Assembly (NCBI GenBank): GCA_963802065.1
Contig: CAWDHF010000004.1
Span: forward strand, 31,204-95,203
Length of the DNA stretch: 64,000 nt
Origin: an uncultured delta proteobacterium
GTDB lineage: Bacteria; Myxococcota; Myxococcia; Myxococcales; Anaeromyxobacteraceae
Direction: 5' to 3'
The translations under genes and the position numbers were made by a program. Positions 18,370-28,462 of this stretch are shown one piece after another; the stretch's first letter is position 1, and each line of letters opens with the position of its first letter. The notes beneath the pieces were generated by a model. That model did no database searches. It had not been told where the DNA came from and saw nothing but the letters and a program-made list of their open reading frames with translations.

Positions 18370-20259
18370 CTAACCCTTGGCCGGCGGCGCCGGCTTGCGG
18401 CGAGCCAGGATCCTCTCCATCTCGTCCATGGTCGCGTTCATCTCGGCGATGGCCGCGTCGAACGGGGCGGAGGTGGTCATGTCGACGCCCGCGCTGCGGA
18501 GCAGGTCGATGGGGAAGCGCGACCCGCCGGCGCGCAGCATGTCGAGGTAGGCGTCCCGCCGGGCGGTCCCGCCCTTCGCGGAATCCTCCCGGATGGCGCG
18601 TGCCAGCGCGGTGGAGGCGACCATGCTGGTGGCGTACTGGTAGACGTAGAACGGGCGGTAGAAGTGGGGGATGAAGGCCCACTCCGCGGCGATCAGGTCG
18701 TCGACCTCGGTCACGCCCGCGTCGTGGCCGTAGTAGGCGCGGACGATTCCCAGGTAGAGCTCCCCGAGGCTCTCGCCGGAGAGCGGTTCTCCCCGCTCCG
18801 CCCTCTCGTGCATGGCGAGCTCGAACTCCGCGAACTGGGTCTGCCGGAAGAGCGCGCCGCGAACCCCGTCGAGGTGGTTGCCGAGGAGCGCGAGACGGGT
18901 CTCGTCGTCCCTGGCCTTCCCGAGCATGTGGTGCAGCAGGAGGTTCTCGTTCAGGGTGGACGCCACCTCGGCGACGAAGGTCGGGTAGTCGTAGGTGGGG
19001 TAGGGCTGGCCCGACATCGCATACCAGGTGTGCATCGAGTGGCCCGACTCGTGGGCCAGGGTCGAGAGGTCCTCGTACTGCCCGTTGAAGTTGAGGAGCT
19101 GGTACGGGTGTACGCCGTAGACGCCCGTGGAGTAGGCGCCGGAACGCTTCCCCGTGGAGGGGAGGTAGTCGGTCCAGCGGCTGGCGTAGCCCTTCCGGAG
19201 CGTCGCCACGTAGTCGGATCCCAGCGGGGCGAAGGCCTCGAGCGTGATGGCGCGGGCCTCGTCCGGGGAGAACTGGAGGGACACGCTCCCCACCATCGGG
19301 ACGTAGAGGTCCTGGTACCGGAGCTTCTCGACCCCGAGCATGCGGCGCCGCAGTTCCAGGTAGCGGTGGAACGTGGGGAGGCTCCGCCGGACGTCGGCGA
19401 TGAGCTGCCGGTAGACCGCGGGGGGGATGTTGGAGTCGAACAGGGCAGCCTCGAGCGAGGACCCGAATCCGCGGACCTTCTTCTGGAAGACCTGGGCCTT
19501 CACCTGGCCGTCCAGCGTCGCGCCCATGGTGCGGGAATAGGCCTTGAGGGCGCCGAAGAAGGCGGCGAAGACCGCCTCGCGGTCGGCGCGGAGGGGCGCT
19601 GCGCGGGCCAGGCCGTAGCCGGAGGGGTCGAGCCGCACCTCGCCGGAGGAGAGCTTCACGGTCGGCCAGGGCAGGTCGGCGTTGGAGAGGATCCCGTAAG
19701 CGGCCCCGCCGGTATCCGCGAAGCTCTGCGCCTCCGCCACGATGCGCTCCTCGCCCGCGGACAGGGTGTGGGGCTTCGCGCGAAGGACGTCGTCGAGGAA
19801 GAAGCGGTAGATCGCGAGGCGGGGCTCGGCTTCCGACCAGGCTCTCACCTTCCCGGGGTCGATGGCGAGGATCTCGGGCCGGATGAACGACGTCGCCGCC
19901 TCCAGCCGGACCGCGATCTGCTGCGCGGAGTCGCGCATCTCGCGGGGGTGGGCAGCCCGGACGTCCTCGTCGGAGAGGCAGGAGGCGTAGACGTAGATCC
20001 GCTCCAGATCCCGGCTGAGCGCGAACATCGCGTCGAGGGCGTCGGCGAGGGAGCCCGCCGACGTCCCGAGCCGGCCACGATGCGCGGCCAGGCCGGGGAT
20101 GCGGCGCCCGAGGTCGTCCCGCGCCGCGCTCCAGGCGGCCTCCGAGGGGTAGAGGTCGGCGAGATTCCACCGGTACCCCGCGGCGGTCTCCGCGCGATCC
20201 GCCGCGCCGGCGGGGAGCGCCAGGGTCAAGGCGACGACGACGAACGCGACACGGGCCAT
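18370..20259 (-). CDS. pepF: oligoendopeptidase F family (M3B) metallopeptidase, secreted
   Basis: Signal peptide [28 protein letters not shown] zinc motif. 629 aa, collinear with the PepF family. Confidence 0.85.
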   Translation of the reverse strand: MARVAFVVVALTLALPAGAADRAETAAGYRWNLADLYPSEAAWSAARDDLGRRIPGLAAHRGRLGTSAGSLADALDAMFALSRDLERIYVYASCLSDEDVRAAHPREMRDSAQQIAVRLEAATSFIRPEILAIDPGKVRAWSEAEPRLAIYRFFLDDVLRAKPHTLSAGEERIVAEAQSFADTGGAAYGILSNADLPWPTVKLSSGEVRLDPSGYGLARAAPLRADREAVFAAFFGALKAYSRTMGATLDGQVKAQVFQKKVRGFGSSLEAALFDSNIPPAVYRQLIADVRRSLPTFHRYLELRRRMLGVEKLRYQDLYVPMVGSVSLQFSPDEARAITLEAFAPLGSDYVATLRKGYASRWTDYLPSTGKRSGAYSTGVYGVHPYQLLNFNGQYEDLSTLAHESGHSMHTWYAMSGQPYPTYDYPTFVAEVASTLNENLLLHHMLGKARDDETRLALLGNHLDGVRGALFRQTQFAEFELAMHERAERGEPLSGESLGELYLGIVRAYYGHDAGVTEVDDLIAAEWAFIPHFYRPFYVYQYATSMVASTALARAIREDSAKGGTARRDAYLDMLRAGGSRFPIDLLRSAGVDMTTSAPFDAAIAEMNATMDEMERILARRKPAPPAKG

Positions 20260-20272
20260 GACGATCCTCGTG

Positions 20273-20464
20273 CTAGTCCTCCGGGATGGGCTGCGGCCCC
20301 GGCACGATCCCGGCGATGTCCGGATCCTCTCCCGGCGTTCCCGGGGAACCGGGGTTCGTCTCCTTCTCCCGCTTGCGCGTCTCGCGCCGCTCGTCCTTCT
20401 TGCGCTGCTTGTCGCGGCGTGCGGCTTCCTTCTGTCGCTTCGTCGAACCCGGGTTGAAGACCAT
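20273..20464 (-). CDS. small basic/proline-rich hypothetical protein (63 aa)
   Basis: High-GC3 ORF (KRQKEAARRDKQRKKDERRETRKREKE then a Pro/acidic tail). Lies 13 nt upstream of pepF on the same strand. Confidence 0.5.
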   Translation of the reverse strand: MVFNPGSTKRQKEAARRDKQRKKDERRETRKREKETNPGSPGTPGEDPDIAGIVPGPQPIPED

Positions 20465-20507
20465 GTGCGCTCCTGGAGGCAGGGGCCTCTCGGCTTGGGA
20501 AATGCGA

Positions 20508-20530
20508 AGGCCCGGCCGCCGGCCGGGCCT
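20508..20530 (-). terminator. stem-loop terminator downstream of cspA
   Basis: Perfect 10-bp arms AGGCCCGGCC / GGCCGGGCCT (20508-20517 and 20521-20530). On the minus strand they are followed by TCGCATTTCC. Located 25 nt after the csp stop. Confidence 0.5.
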
Positions 20531-20554
20531 CCACCGAACGGCTCGGCCTGTAGC

Positions 20555-20758
20555 TTACAGCGGCCGGACGCTGGCGGCCTGAAGACCCTTCGGCCCCTTC
20601 TTCACCTCGAACTCCACCCGCTGCCCTTCCTTGAGGGTGCGGAACCCTTCGGTCTGGATGGCCGTGTGATGGCAGAAAACATCCTCACCACCGCCGTCCT
20701 GCGTGATGAAGCCAAAGCCCTTCGCATCGTTGAACCACTTCACGACTCCACTGGCCAT
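20555..20758 (-). CDS. cspA: cold-shock protein (CspA family)
   Basis: [34 protein letters not shown] (RNP1 KGFGFI, RNP2 VFCHH). 67 aa from ATG 20758. Confidence 0.93.
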   Translation of the reverse strand: MASGVVKWFNDAKGFGFITQDGGGEDVFCHHTAIQTEGFRTLKEGQRVEFEVKKGPKGLQAASVRPL

Positions 20759-20887
20759 CCAGCACTTCCTTCGTCGTTCGCGCGGGAACCGTTCCCGGTG
20801 GGCCCGGGCCACCCCTGTAGCGCGGGCCGCCAAATTCTCTAGCGCGCCCGAAACGGTTTGTCGAGGGACCCGGCAAACCGGGGGCCG

Positions 20888-22957
20888 TCAGCCGGCCTGG
20901 TCGAACCGGTCGAAGCTCATGGTGAAGACGGCCCGCCCCTGGGTGAGCGAGCGAAGCTCGGTGGCGTACCCGAACATCCGCCGAAGGGGGGCTTCCCCCT
21001 GGATGACCTTGGTCACGGTCCCCCGATCGGAGACGTCGAGGACCGAACCCCGGCGCCGGTCGATGCTGCCGAGGACCTCGCCCAGGTACTCGGAGGGGAG
21101 GACCACCTCGGTTCGCATGACGGGCTGGAGGATCACGGGTCCCGCCCGGGTGGCGGCATCACGCACCGCGTCGGCCACCGCGATCTTGTAGGCGAACGGG
21201 CGCGACGCCCCCTCCCGCCACGCGGCGCCGATCAGGATCACCTCGACGTCCTGGAGCGGATGCCCTTCCAGGACGCCTGTCTCGGCGGCCTCCCGTGCCC
21301 CTGCCGCGGCCATCTCCAGCGTCTCGCCCCGCAGGAAGGGCAGGGCACGCGCCTCCGCCGAGACGGAGAACCGGAAGCCCGTCCCGCGGGCCAGGGGCGC
21401 GACGGCGACGCTGGCCTGGCCGAAGACCTCCTCGTCCTCGAACGACCGCTCGAAACGACCCTCGCCGTGGGCTTCCGTGGTCAGGGTCTCCCGGAGGAGG
21501 ACCTGCGGCTCCCCCGTGCGGACCTCCAGGCGGAACTCGCGCTTCAGGCGTTCGGCCACGATCTCCAGGTGGAGCTCCCCCATGCCGGAGATGAGCAGCT
21601 GCCCGGTGTCGGGGTTCTCGCCGAAGCGGAAGCTGGGGTCCTCGTCGGCGATGCGCGCCAGGGCCTCGAGCAGGAGCTCCCGGTCGGAGAGGCTCCGGGC
21701 CTCCACCGCCGCCGAGATGACCGGCTCGTAGGCCGAGATGCGCTCGAGGACGAGTCCATGCCCCGGAGTGGTGAGTGTGTCCCCGGTCTTCGTGTCCTTG
21801 AGCCCCATGACGGCGAAGATCTGGCCGGCGCCCAGCACCGGCATGCGCCGCTTCTGGGATGCGTGCATGAGCAGGATCCGGGAGACCCGCTCCTTCCTCC
21901 CCTGGCTGGCGTTCCAGACCTCGTCCCCCTCGGCGATCCGGCCGGAGTACACCCTCAGGAAGACGAAGCGCCGCAACTCGTCCAGGAGCGACACCTTGAA
22001 GGCGAGCGCCACGAGGGGGGAGTCGTCGGACGGGGAAGGGGTCACCACGTCGATGCCGGCGGCATCGGTGCCGTGCGGGGGCGGAACGTCCAGGGGCGAC
22101 GGGAGCCAGTCGCAGACCGCGTCCAGCACCTGGGGAACCCCCTTGTTCCGGAGCGCCGAACCGCAGAGCAGGGGGACGAACTTCCCGGAGAGTGTGGCCC
22201 GACGCACCGCCGCGCCCATGGCGACCGGATCGAGGTCGGCGTCCTCCAGGAGGGCGGTCGCGGCGCCGTCGTCGACGTCGGCCAGCGTCTCGAGGAGCTC
22301 CCTCCGGGCATCCTCTCCCGCGGGCGAGATGCCTGGAGTCACCACGAAGGCACGAGGGTCGTCGTCGTCGGCGAAGGTGACGGTCTGGCGCGTCACCAGG
22401 TCTTCCAGCCCCGAGAACTGCGGCCCGCTGCCGAGGGGGCGCTGCACGGCGGCGCTGCGGTGGTCGGGGAAGTGGCGCCTCATGGAGCCCAGGGTCTCCT
22501 CGAAGTCGGCGCCCACGCGGTCCATCTTGTTGGCGAGCGCGATCCGGGGGACGCGGTAGCGGTCGGCCTGGCGCCAGACGGTCTCGCTCTGCGGCTCCAC
22601 CCCGTTCACGGCGTCGAACACCACCACCGCACCGTCGAGGACGCGCAGGCTCCGCTCCACCTCGACCGTGAAGTCCACGTGGCCCGGGGTGTCGATGAGG
22701 TGGATCTCGTGGCCCGCCCAGTCGAACGTGCTCACCGCCGAGGTGATGGTGATCCCGCGCTCGCGTTCGAGGTCCATCCAGTCCATCACGGCCAGGCCGT
22801 CGTGGACCTCGCCCATCTTGTGGGTCCGTCCGGCCGCGAAGAGGAAGCGCTCGGAGAGCGTGGTCTTCCCCGCGTCGATGTGGGCCATGATCCCGATGTT
22901 CCGGATCGCACGGATCCGGCGCACCGGTGCCGCCTCCCGCGTCGCCTCCCCGGACAT
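20888..22957 (-). CDS. elongation factor G family GTPase (EF-G paralog)
   Basis: NIGIMAHIDAGKTTLSERF, DTPGHVDF and NKMD motifs, with domains II-V collinear with EF-G. 689 aa. No adjacent rpsL/rpsG/tuf, hence called a paralog. Confidence 0.85.
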   Translation of the reverse strand: MSGEATREAAPVRRIRAIRNIGIMAHIDAGKTTLSERFLFAAGRTHKMGEVHDGLAVMDWMDLERERGITITSAVSTFDWAGHEIHLIDTPGHVDFTVEVERSLRVLDGAVVVFDAVNGVEPQSETVWRQADRYRVPRIALANKMDRVGADFEETLGSMRRHFPDHRSAAVQRPLGSGPQFSGLEDLVTRQTVTFADDDDPRAFVVTPGISPAGEDARRELLETLADVDDGAATALLEDADLDPVAMGAAVRRATLSGKFVPLLCGSALRNKGVPQVLDAVCDWLPSPLDVPPPHGTDAAGIDVVTPSPSDDSPLVALAFKVSLLDELRRFVFLRVYSGRIAEGDEVWNASQGRKERVSRILLMHASQKRRMPVLGAGQIFAVMGLKDTKTGDTLTTPGHGLVLERISAYEPVISAAVEARSLSDRELLLEALARIADEDPSFRFGENPDTGQLLISGMGELHLEIVAERLKREFRLEVRTGEPQVLLRETLTTEAHGEGRFERSFEDEEVFGQASVAVAPLARGTGFRFSVSAEARALPFLRGETLEMAAAGAREAAETGVLEGHPLQDVEVILIGAAWREGASRPFAYKIAVADAVRDAATRAGPVILQPVMRTEVVLPSEYLGEVLGSIDRRRGSVLDVSDRGTVTKVIQGEAPLRRMFGYATELRSLTQGRAVFTMSFDRFDQAG

Positions 22958-23031
22958 GGACGTGGAGTATACCCATCCAGGCGCGGCGCCGGTCGGTGTC
23001 GTCGAGCTAGAAGTAGCTGCTCCCTACCGAG

Positions 23032-25200
23032 GTGAGACCCATGGCCCCGACCCCCAGCTCCTCCCCGCACCCCTGGCGGTTCCACCGCGTCGGGGGGCTC
23101 GACCAGGTCCAGCTCGACACCGCCGAGGACCTGCGCAACCTCGACCGGCTCGACCAGAAGCTCTGGGTCGCGCTGGCCTGCCCCGTGAAGGGGCTCGAGA
23201 TCGACGCGGCCACCCTGGCCCTCCTCGACTCCGACAAGGACGGACGCGTCCGCGCGCCCGAGGTGATCGCCGCGGTCAAGTTCGTGGACGCCCGGCTGAA
23301 GGATCTCGGAGATCTGGTGAAGGGCAAGCAGACCCTTCCCCTCGCCGACATCCGCGAGGACACGCCGGAGGGGAAGGCTCTCCTCGGCGCGGCCCGGCAA
23401 GTCCTCGCCGCGGCCGGGAAGCCGGAGGCGACCGAGGTCGCCCTCGACGACGTCGCCGACCTCTCCAACGTGTTCGCGAGGACGCTCTTCAACGGCGACG
23501 GCGTGGTGATCCCGGAGTCGGCGCCCGAGGGGGCGGTCCGGCAGGTCATCGTGGACGCCATGGCCTGCGCGGGCGAGGTGCCCGACCGCTGCGGCAAGCC
23601 GGGGCTCGACCGGCCGCGGCTCGAGGCCTTCTGGGCCGACCTGGCCGATTTCGACGCGTGGTGGAAGGAGGGGCGTGGCGCCGCCGTCCAGGGGCTCGGG
23701 GAGGCCACTCCGGCGGCCGCCGACGCGGTCCGTGCCGTGCGAGCCAAGGTCGACGACTACTTCACCCGGGTGGGCCTGGCCTCCATCGACGACCGCATGC
23801 CGCCACTGCTCGCCCGTCCCGAGGTGGAGATCGCGGCCATGGCGGGCAAGGACCTGTCCCCGGCCAGCGCCGAGGTCTCGTCGCTTCCCATCGCTCGCAT
23901 CGCCGCCGGCCGCCCCCTGCCCCTCGGCGAGGGCGTGAACCCGGCCTGGGCCGGTGCAGTGGCGGCCCTCCAGGCGCACGCGGTGTCGCCGGTCCTCGGC
24001 GCCGGCCGCGCCTCGCTCACGGCAGCCGAATGGGAGTCCACCAAGGCCGCTCTCGCCCCGTACGAGGCATGGCTCGGCGCGCGGAGGGGCGGCCGGGTCG
24101 AGAAGCTGGGGGCTACCCGGGTGGCGGAACTCCTCGCAGGGACCGGTAGGGCCGACGTCGAGGCCCTCATCGTGCAGGACGAGGCCCGCAAGGACGAGGC
24201 GAACGAGGTCGCGGAGGTGGTCCGGATGGTGCGGTACCGCCGGGACCTGTACCGCCTGGTCCGGAACTTCGTGAACTTCGCCGACTTCTACGATCCGCGC
24301 CTGCCGGCGGTGTTCCAGGCCGGCTCGCTCTACATCGACGGCCGCGCCTGCCACCTCTGCGTCAAGGTGGACGACCCGGCGGCGCACGCCGTCATCGCCG
24401 TCCCCAGCCGGATGTTCATCGCCTACTGCGACTGCAGGCGGCCCGGAGGCGAGGCCATGAAGATCGCGGCCTGCGTCACTCAGGGTGATTCCGATTTCCT
24501 CTCGATCGGGCGGAACGCCCTCTTCTACGACCGCGCGGGCCGGGACTGGGACGCCACGGTCACCAAGATCGTCGAGAACCCCATCAGCCTGAGGCAGGCC
24601 TTCTGGTCGCCCTACAAGCGTGCCATCCGGGCCATCAGCGAGCAGGCGGCCAAGTTCGCCGCCGCCAAGGACAAGGAGGCCGAAGGTCGGCTCACGCAGG
24701 CGGCCGACAGGGCCGGCGGCGCGGCGGTGTCTGCGAAGCCGGTGACTCCCCAGCCCGTCGACGTGGGCAAGATGGTCGGGATCGTCGCCGCCCTGGGCGT
24801 CGGCGTCGGCGCCGTCGGCACCATCTTCGGCGCGGCCGTCTCGGGATTCGTGGGACTGCAGCCGTGGTGGGCCAAGATCCTGGCCGTGGTGGGGATGGTG
24901 CTCGTCATCTCCGGCCCCGCGGTGGTCATCGCCTGGCTGAAGCTCCGGCAGAGGACGCTCGGTCCGGTGCTCGACGGAAACGGCTGGGCGGTGAACGGGC
25001 GGGTCGTCGTCAACATGCCGCTCGGCACGGTGCTCACCGACCGGGCCGCGTTGCCACCCGGTTCGAGCCGGTCCCTCCAGGACCCCTACGTCGACCAGGC
25101 GGCTAGGAACCGGCGCGTCCTCGCCTGGCTCCTGGTAGTCGCCGTCCTGGCCGCGCTCACCGTGGCCAGGCTGCAGCACCTCTGGCCGTTCCGCCGGTAG
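23032..25200 (+). CDS. large hypothetical protein with EF-hand-like loop and three C-terminal TM helices
   Basis: Uninterrupted 722-aa high-GC3 ORF. DSDKDGRVRAPEV (DxDxDG Ca-binding-like loop) near the N-terminus. Hydrophobic helices at about aa 590-620, 625-650 and 700-718. No family recognised. Alternative start ATG 23041. Confidence 0.7.
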   Translation: MRPMAPTPSSSPHPWRFHRVGGLDQVQLDTAEDLRNLDRLDQKLWVALACPVKGLEIDAATLALLDSDKDGRVRAPEVIAAVKFVDARLKDLGDLVKGKQTLPLADIREDTPEGKALLGAARQVLAAAGKPEATEVALDDVADLSNVFARTLFNGDGVVIPESAPEGAVRQVIVDAMACAGEVPDRCGKPGLDRPRLEAFWADLADFDAWWKEGRGAAVQGLGEATPAAADAVRAVRAKVDDYFTRVGLASIDDRMPPLLARPEVEIAAMAGKDLSPASAEVSSLPIARIAAGRPLPLGEGVNPAWAGAVAALQAHAVSPVLGAGRASLTAAEWESTKAALAPYEAWLGARRGGRVEKLGATRVAELLAGTGRADVEALIVQDEARKDEANEVAEVVRMVRYRRDLYRLVRNFVNFADFYDPRLPAVFQAGSLYIDGRACHLCVKVDDPAAHAVIAVPSRMFIAYCDCRRPGGEAMKIAACVTQGDSDFLSIGRNALFYDRAGRDWDATVTKIVENPISLRQAFWSPYKRAIRAISEQAAKFAAAKDKEAEGRLTQAADRAGGAAVSAKPVTPQPVDVGKMVGIVAALGVGVGAVGTIFGAAVSGFVGLQPWWAKILAVVGMVLVISGPAVVIAWLKLRQRTLGPVLDGNGWAVNGRVVVNMPLGTVLTDRAALPPGSSRSLQDPYVDQAARNRRVLAWLLVVAVLAALTVARLQHLWPFRR

Positions 25201-25215
25201 GCCCAGGCTCCCGGT

Positions 25216-25713
25216 TCACTCCGGCAGCACGCGCTCGGTGATCTTCACCCCGGTGGCGGGGTCGACTCCCTCGAGGTCGGCCCAGGCCACGCTGGGAATG
25301 AGCCCGCCGTCCTCCTCGGCCTGGACGAAGATGCGCCGGAGCAGGGCCGGTCGGCCGGCGATGGTGACCGTGGCGGCAGGGCAGCCCTCGCGGAGGGTGA
25401 GCTTCACCGGACGGTCCTTCTTGGCCTTGAGCACCACGACGAAGCCGTCGCCCGCCGTGGCCGGGTCGACGCTGAAGCCGTAGGCGAGGAGCTTCTCGAT
25501 GAAGTTGAGTCCCTCCCGGTGGCCATCCTCGGCCAGCATGTGCCACTCCGCCTGGATCGGGTCGTCCGGATCGAGCGTCCCGTTCGCGCCCCACCGGGCC
25601 AGGTACACCACCTCGTTGGCGTTGGTGCTCCGGCCGATGCGGAAGAGCTCGGGGGCGCACGACGGAGCGGGGGCCGTCGAGAGGAGCAGCGCCAGGGTGA
25701 GCGTTCCGAACAT
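25216..25713 (-). CDS. secreted DUF4833-like protein
   Basis: MFGTLTLALLLSTAPAPS signal peptide. LFRIGRSTNANEVVY...PIQAEWHML...EKLLAYGF pattern I associate with DUF4833. Start ATG 25713. Confidence 0.5.
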   Translation of the reverse strand: MFGTLTLALLLSTAPAPSCAPELFRIGRSTNANEVVYLARWGANGTLDPDDPIQAEWHMLAEDGHREGLNFIEKLLAYGFSVDPATAGDGFVVVLKAKKDRPVKLTLREGCPAATVTIAGRPALLRRIFVQAEEDGGLIPSVAWADLEGVDPATGVKITERVLPE

Positions 25714-25748
25714 CGTGTGCCTCCGCGCCGGGTGCCGGCCAACCCGTG

Positions 25749-26555
25749 CTATCGAATCACGGGCCCGGGCGCAACGATCCCGTGGTGGCGCACGCAGCCG
25801 CGTCCCTTGCCGACCGCGTAGGCCCGGCGCAGCCCCTCGGTGAGGTAGGCCTTGGCGTTCCGGACGGCCTCGGCGACCGGGTCGCCCATGGCCAGCCGGG
25901 CCGCGATGGCGGCGGACAGCGTGCAACCCGTTCCGTGGGTGTGGGGCGTGTCGATCCGGAGGGCGGACACGTCGTGCGTCTCCCGGCCGTCGAACAGGAC
26001 GTCGATCGCGTCGCCGCTCGAGGGCATTCCTCCCCCTTTCACGAGCACTGCGACCGGGCCCATGGCCTGGAGAGCGCGGGCCGCCTCGCGCATCGCCTCG
26101 AGGTCGCGGACGGGCCGTCCGAGCAGGGCCTCGGCCTCGAGCAGGTTCGGCGTGAGGAGGGTGGCGAGAGGGAAGAGCAGTTCCACGTAGGCCCTCTGCG
26201 CCGAGGCGTCCACGAGCCGGTCACCGCTGCGGGCCACCATGACCGGGTCGACCACGAGCGGCGCGACCCGGTGCCGGCGCAGGGCACGGACGACTGCCTG
26301 CACCACCTGAGCCGTGCCGAGCATCCCGGTCTTCGCCGCCGCGATCGGCATGTCGGAGGCGACCGCGTCGATCTGGGCCTCGACGAGCGACGGCTCCACC
26401 ACGGCCCATGCCCGGACGCCCGTCGAGTTCTGGGCGGTGACGGCCGTGATGGCGCTGGTGCCGTGGATCCCGTGGGCCGCGAACGTGTGCAGGTCGGTCT
26501 GGATCCCGGCTCCGCCGCCCGAATCGGAGCCGGCGATGGTGAGGGCGACCTTCAT
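25749..26555 (-). CDS. thiD: hydroxymethylpyrimidine/phosphomethylpyrimidine kinase
   Basis: [25 protein letters not shown]...DPVMVA...[15 protein letters not shown], collinear with ThiD. Confidence 0.92.
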   Translation of the reverse strand: MKVALTIAGSDSGGGAGIQTDLHTFAAHGIHGTSAITAVTAQNSTGVRAWAVVEPSLVEAQIDAVASDMPIAAAKTGMLGTAQVVQAVVRALRRHRVAPLVVDPVMVARSGDRLVDASAQRAYVELLFPLATLLTPNLLEAEALLGRPVRDLEAMREAARALQAMGPVAVLVKGGGMPSSGDAIDVLFDGRETHDVSALRIDTPHTHGTGCTLSAAIAARLAMGDPVAEAVRNAKAYLTEGLRRAYAVGKGRGCVRHHGIVAPGPVIR

Positions 26556-26788
26556 GCGCCGAGTGTCCGCGAATCACGGAAAGGTGCAAGGGCGGCCCGA
26601 GGGTGGGTGGAAACCGCCACGGGGGTCAGGGCGGCCCGGGTCGCCGGTGATGCTCGGCGGCCCGGCTCTCGCTGGCCCGGGTCCTTCAACGTGCCGCAGG
26701 CAGACGGGAAAGTGTGCAGGGGGTCCCGGGCGCGAACTCGGGCTGGCCCGTCGCCAGATGGCATGTACCATGCTCTCGAAGTGGACCG

Positions 26789-28462
26789 ATGCCATCCGGG
26801 CCGGTCCTCCTGATCGCTCGTGCCGTCGCGCTGCTCCCCGCCGCGCTGTTCTTCGCGTGGGCGCGCACGCGCGAGGCCAGGAGCATCGCGTCGTCGCCTG
26901 CGCCTGTCCCCGTCCGGGTATCCGGCGATGCCGCCACCGCCTTCCAGGTCCTCTCCGACTGTTCCTCCGACCTCGTCCTCCTCGTCGATCGGGACGGAAA
27001 GGTCGCCTACGCGAGCCGGTCCGCGGAGCAGGCGTTCGGCGCTCCCCTGTCGGCGCTGAGGGGCAAGGCCTTCACGGAGCGGTTTCTCGAGGCCGACCGG
27101 GTCCTCGGCGCGGAGATGCTGCACCGGGCCCGGCGGCACGGGTCCGCCCGCGGAACGTTGCACGCTGCCCGTCCGTGCGGCGACATCAGGGCCTACGACA
27201 CCGTCGTGGATGCGTCCAGGGGCGGTGACCCGGGAGTGCTGGCCATCTCGGGCCGCGACGTCACCGAGCAGGTGCGACTCTCGGCGCAGCTCCGCCAGGC
27301 GCAGAAGCTGGAGGCGGTGGGGCGCATGGCGACCGGCGTGGCGCACGAGTTCAACAACCTGCTCGCGGTGATCCGGTCGGGCACGGCGCTGGCGCGCGAG
27401 TCCCTGCCGCCTGGCCACCCCGCCCACGCCGACCTGGCCGACGTGGCGACCGCCGCGGACCGCGGCGTGGCGGTCACGCGAAAGCTCCTCTCCTTCTCGC
27501 GCCAGGAGACCCCCGATGCGCAGCGCGCCGACGTGTCGGAGGTGCTCGCCGAGCTGGCCAGCTTCATCCCGCGCCTCGTCTGGCGGGGACACCAGGTCCG
27601 CGTCGCCGAGGGAGCCGCGCTGGGAGAGGTCCCCCTCTCGGCCACGAGCCTGGAGCAGGTCGTGCTGAACCTGGCCATCAACGCGCGCGACGCCACTCCC
27701 TCGGGCGGGTGGATCGAGGTCGAGGCCCGCCGGGTCGAGGTTCGCGACGGCGACGCCTCGGGGCTCCCGCCCGGCCCGCACGTCGAGATCGCCGTCCACG
27801 ACCAGGGCACCGGGATGCGCGACGAGGTGAGGCGACGCCTCTTCGAGCCGTTCTTCACCACCAAGTCCCCGGGGCTCGGCTCGGGCCTCGGGCTCGCGAT
27901 CTCGCTCGGGATCGTGCAGGGAGCCGGAGGGACCATCGAGGTGGATACGGAGGAGGGAAGGGGAAGCGTCTTCCGGGTGCTCCTGCCCCACCTGGCGGTC
28001 GTTCCGGGAGTCCAGGTAGCGGCCACGCCCGATCCCCCGGCGATCCGTCGCTCCCGGGTCCTCCTCGTCGACCACGACCCCGCGCTGGTGGCGATGCTCT
28101 CCCGACTGCTCGCGGCGCGAGGACACGAGGTCGTCACCGCGGCCACCGCGGCCGAGGCACGGCTCCAGGCGGCCTCGTTCCCGGGCGCCGTGGACGTCGT
28201 CCTGACCGGGCTCGAGCTGGGGAGCGAGCACGGCGTGACCATCCTCGGCGAGGTGAAGCGAACGAGCCCCCGTGCACGGGCCGTGCTGCTCTCCAGCGAG
28301 GTTCGCGATGCCTCCGACGTCGACCACCTGCTCGAGGCCGGCGTGGAGCTGGTCCGTCGTCCGGTTCCCGCCGAGGCGCTCGTAGAGGTGGTGGAACGGG
28401 CCGCGGCGCGCTCGCTCGTCCGGCTCGACCCGCCCGTGGCGCCGGTCCTGGCTATCGCCTAG
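26789..28462 (+). CDS. hybrid sensor histidine kinase (TM anchor, PAS, HisKA, HATPase, receiver)
   Basis: N-terminal [25 protein letters not shown]-like [17 protein letters not shown]-box [12 protein letters not shown] boxes [15 protein letters not shown] and GLGSGLGL. C-terminal [12 protein letters not shown]... Confidence 0.88.
   Translation: MPSGPVLLIARAVALLPAALFFAWARTREARSIASSPAPVPVRVSGDAATAFQVLSDCSSDLVLLVDRDGKVAYASRSAEQAFGAPLSALRGKAFTERFLEADRVLGAEMLHRARRHGSARGTLHAARPCGDIRAYDTVVDASRGGDPGVLAISGRDVTEQVRLSAQLRQAQKLEAVGRMATGVAHEFNNLLAVIRSGTALARESLPPGHPAHADLADVATAADRGVAVTRKLLSFSRQETPDAQRADVSEVLAELASFIPRLVWRGHQVRVAEGAALGEVPLSATSLEQVVLNLAINARDATPSGGWIEVEARRVEVRDGDASGLPPGPHVEIAVHDQGTGMRDEVRRRLFEPFFTTKSPGLGSGLGLAISLGIVQGAGGTIEVDTEEGRGSVFRVLLPHLAVVPGVQVAATPDPPAIRRSRVLLVDHDPALVAMLSRLLAARGHEVVTAATAAEARLQAASFPGAVDVVLTGLELGSEHGVTILGEVKRTSPRARAVLLSSEVRDASDVDHLLEAGVELVRRPVPAEALVEVVERAAARSLVRLDPPVAPVLAIA

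Noticed and set aside
15870-18674. 934-aa ORF implying leuB read-through, plus upstream extension across cimA
   Set aside because: The upstream part is out of frame with cimA. The downstream 300 nt overlap pepF antisense. The real leuB runs 17313 to 18369 with a 1-nt shift.
26556-26788. Possible TPP riboswitch upstream of thiD
   Set aside because: I could not find the conserved CUGAGA / ACCUGAUCUGGAUAAUGCCAGCG-like elements on the thiD strand. An Infernal search would be needed to be sure.
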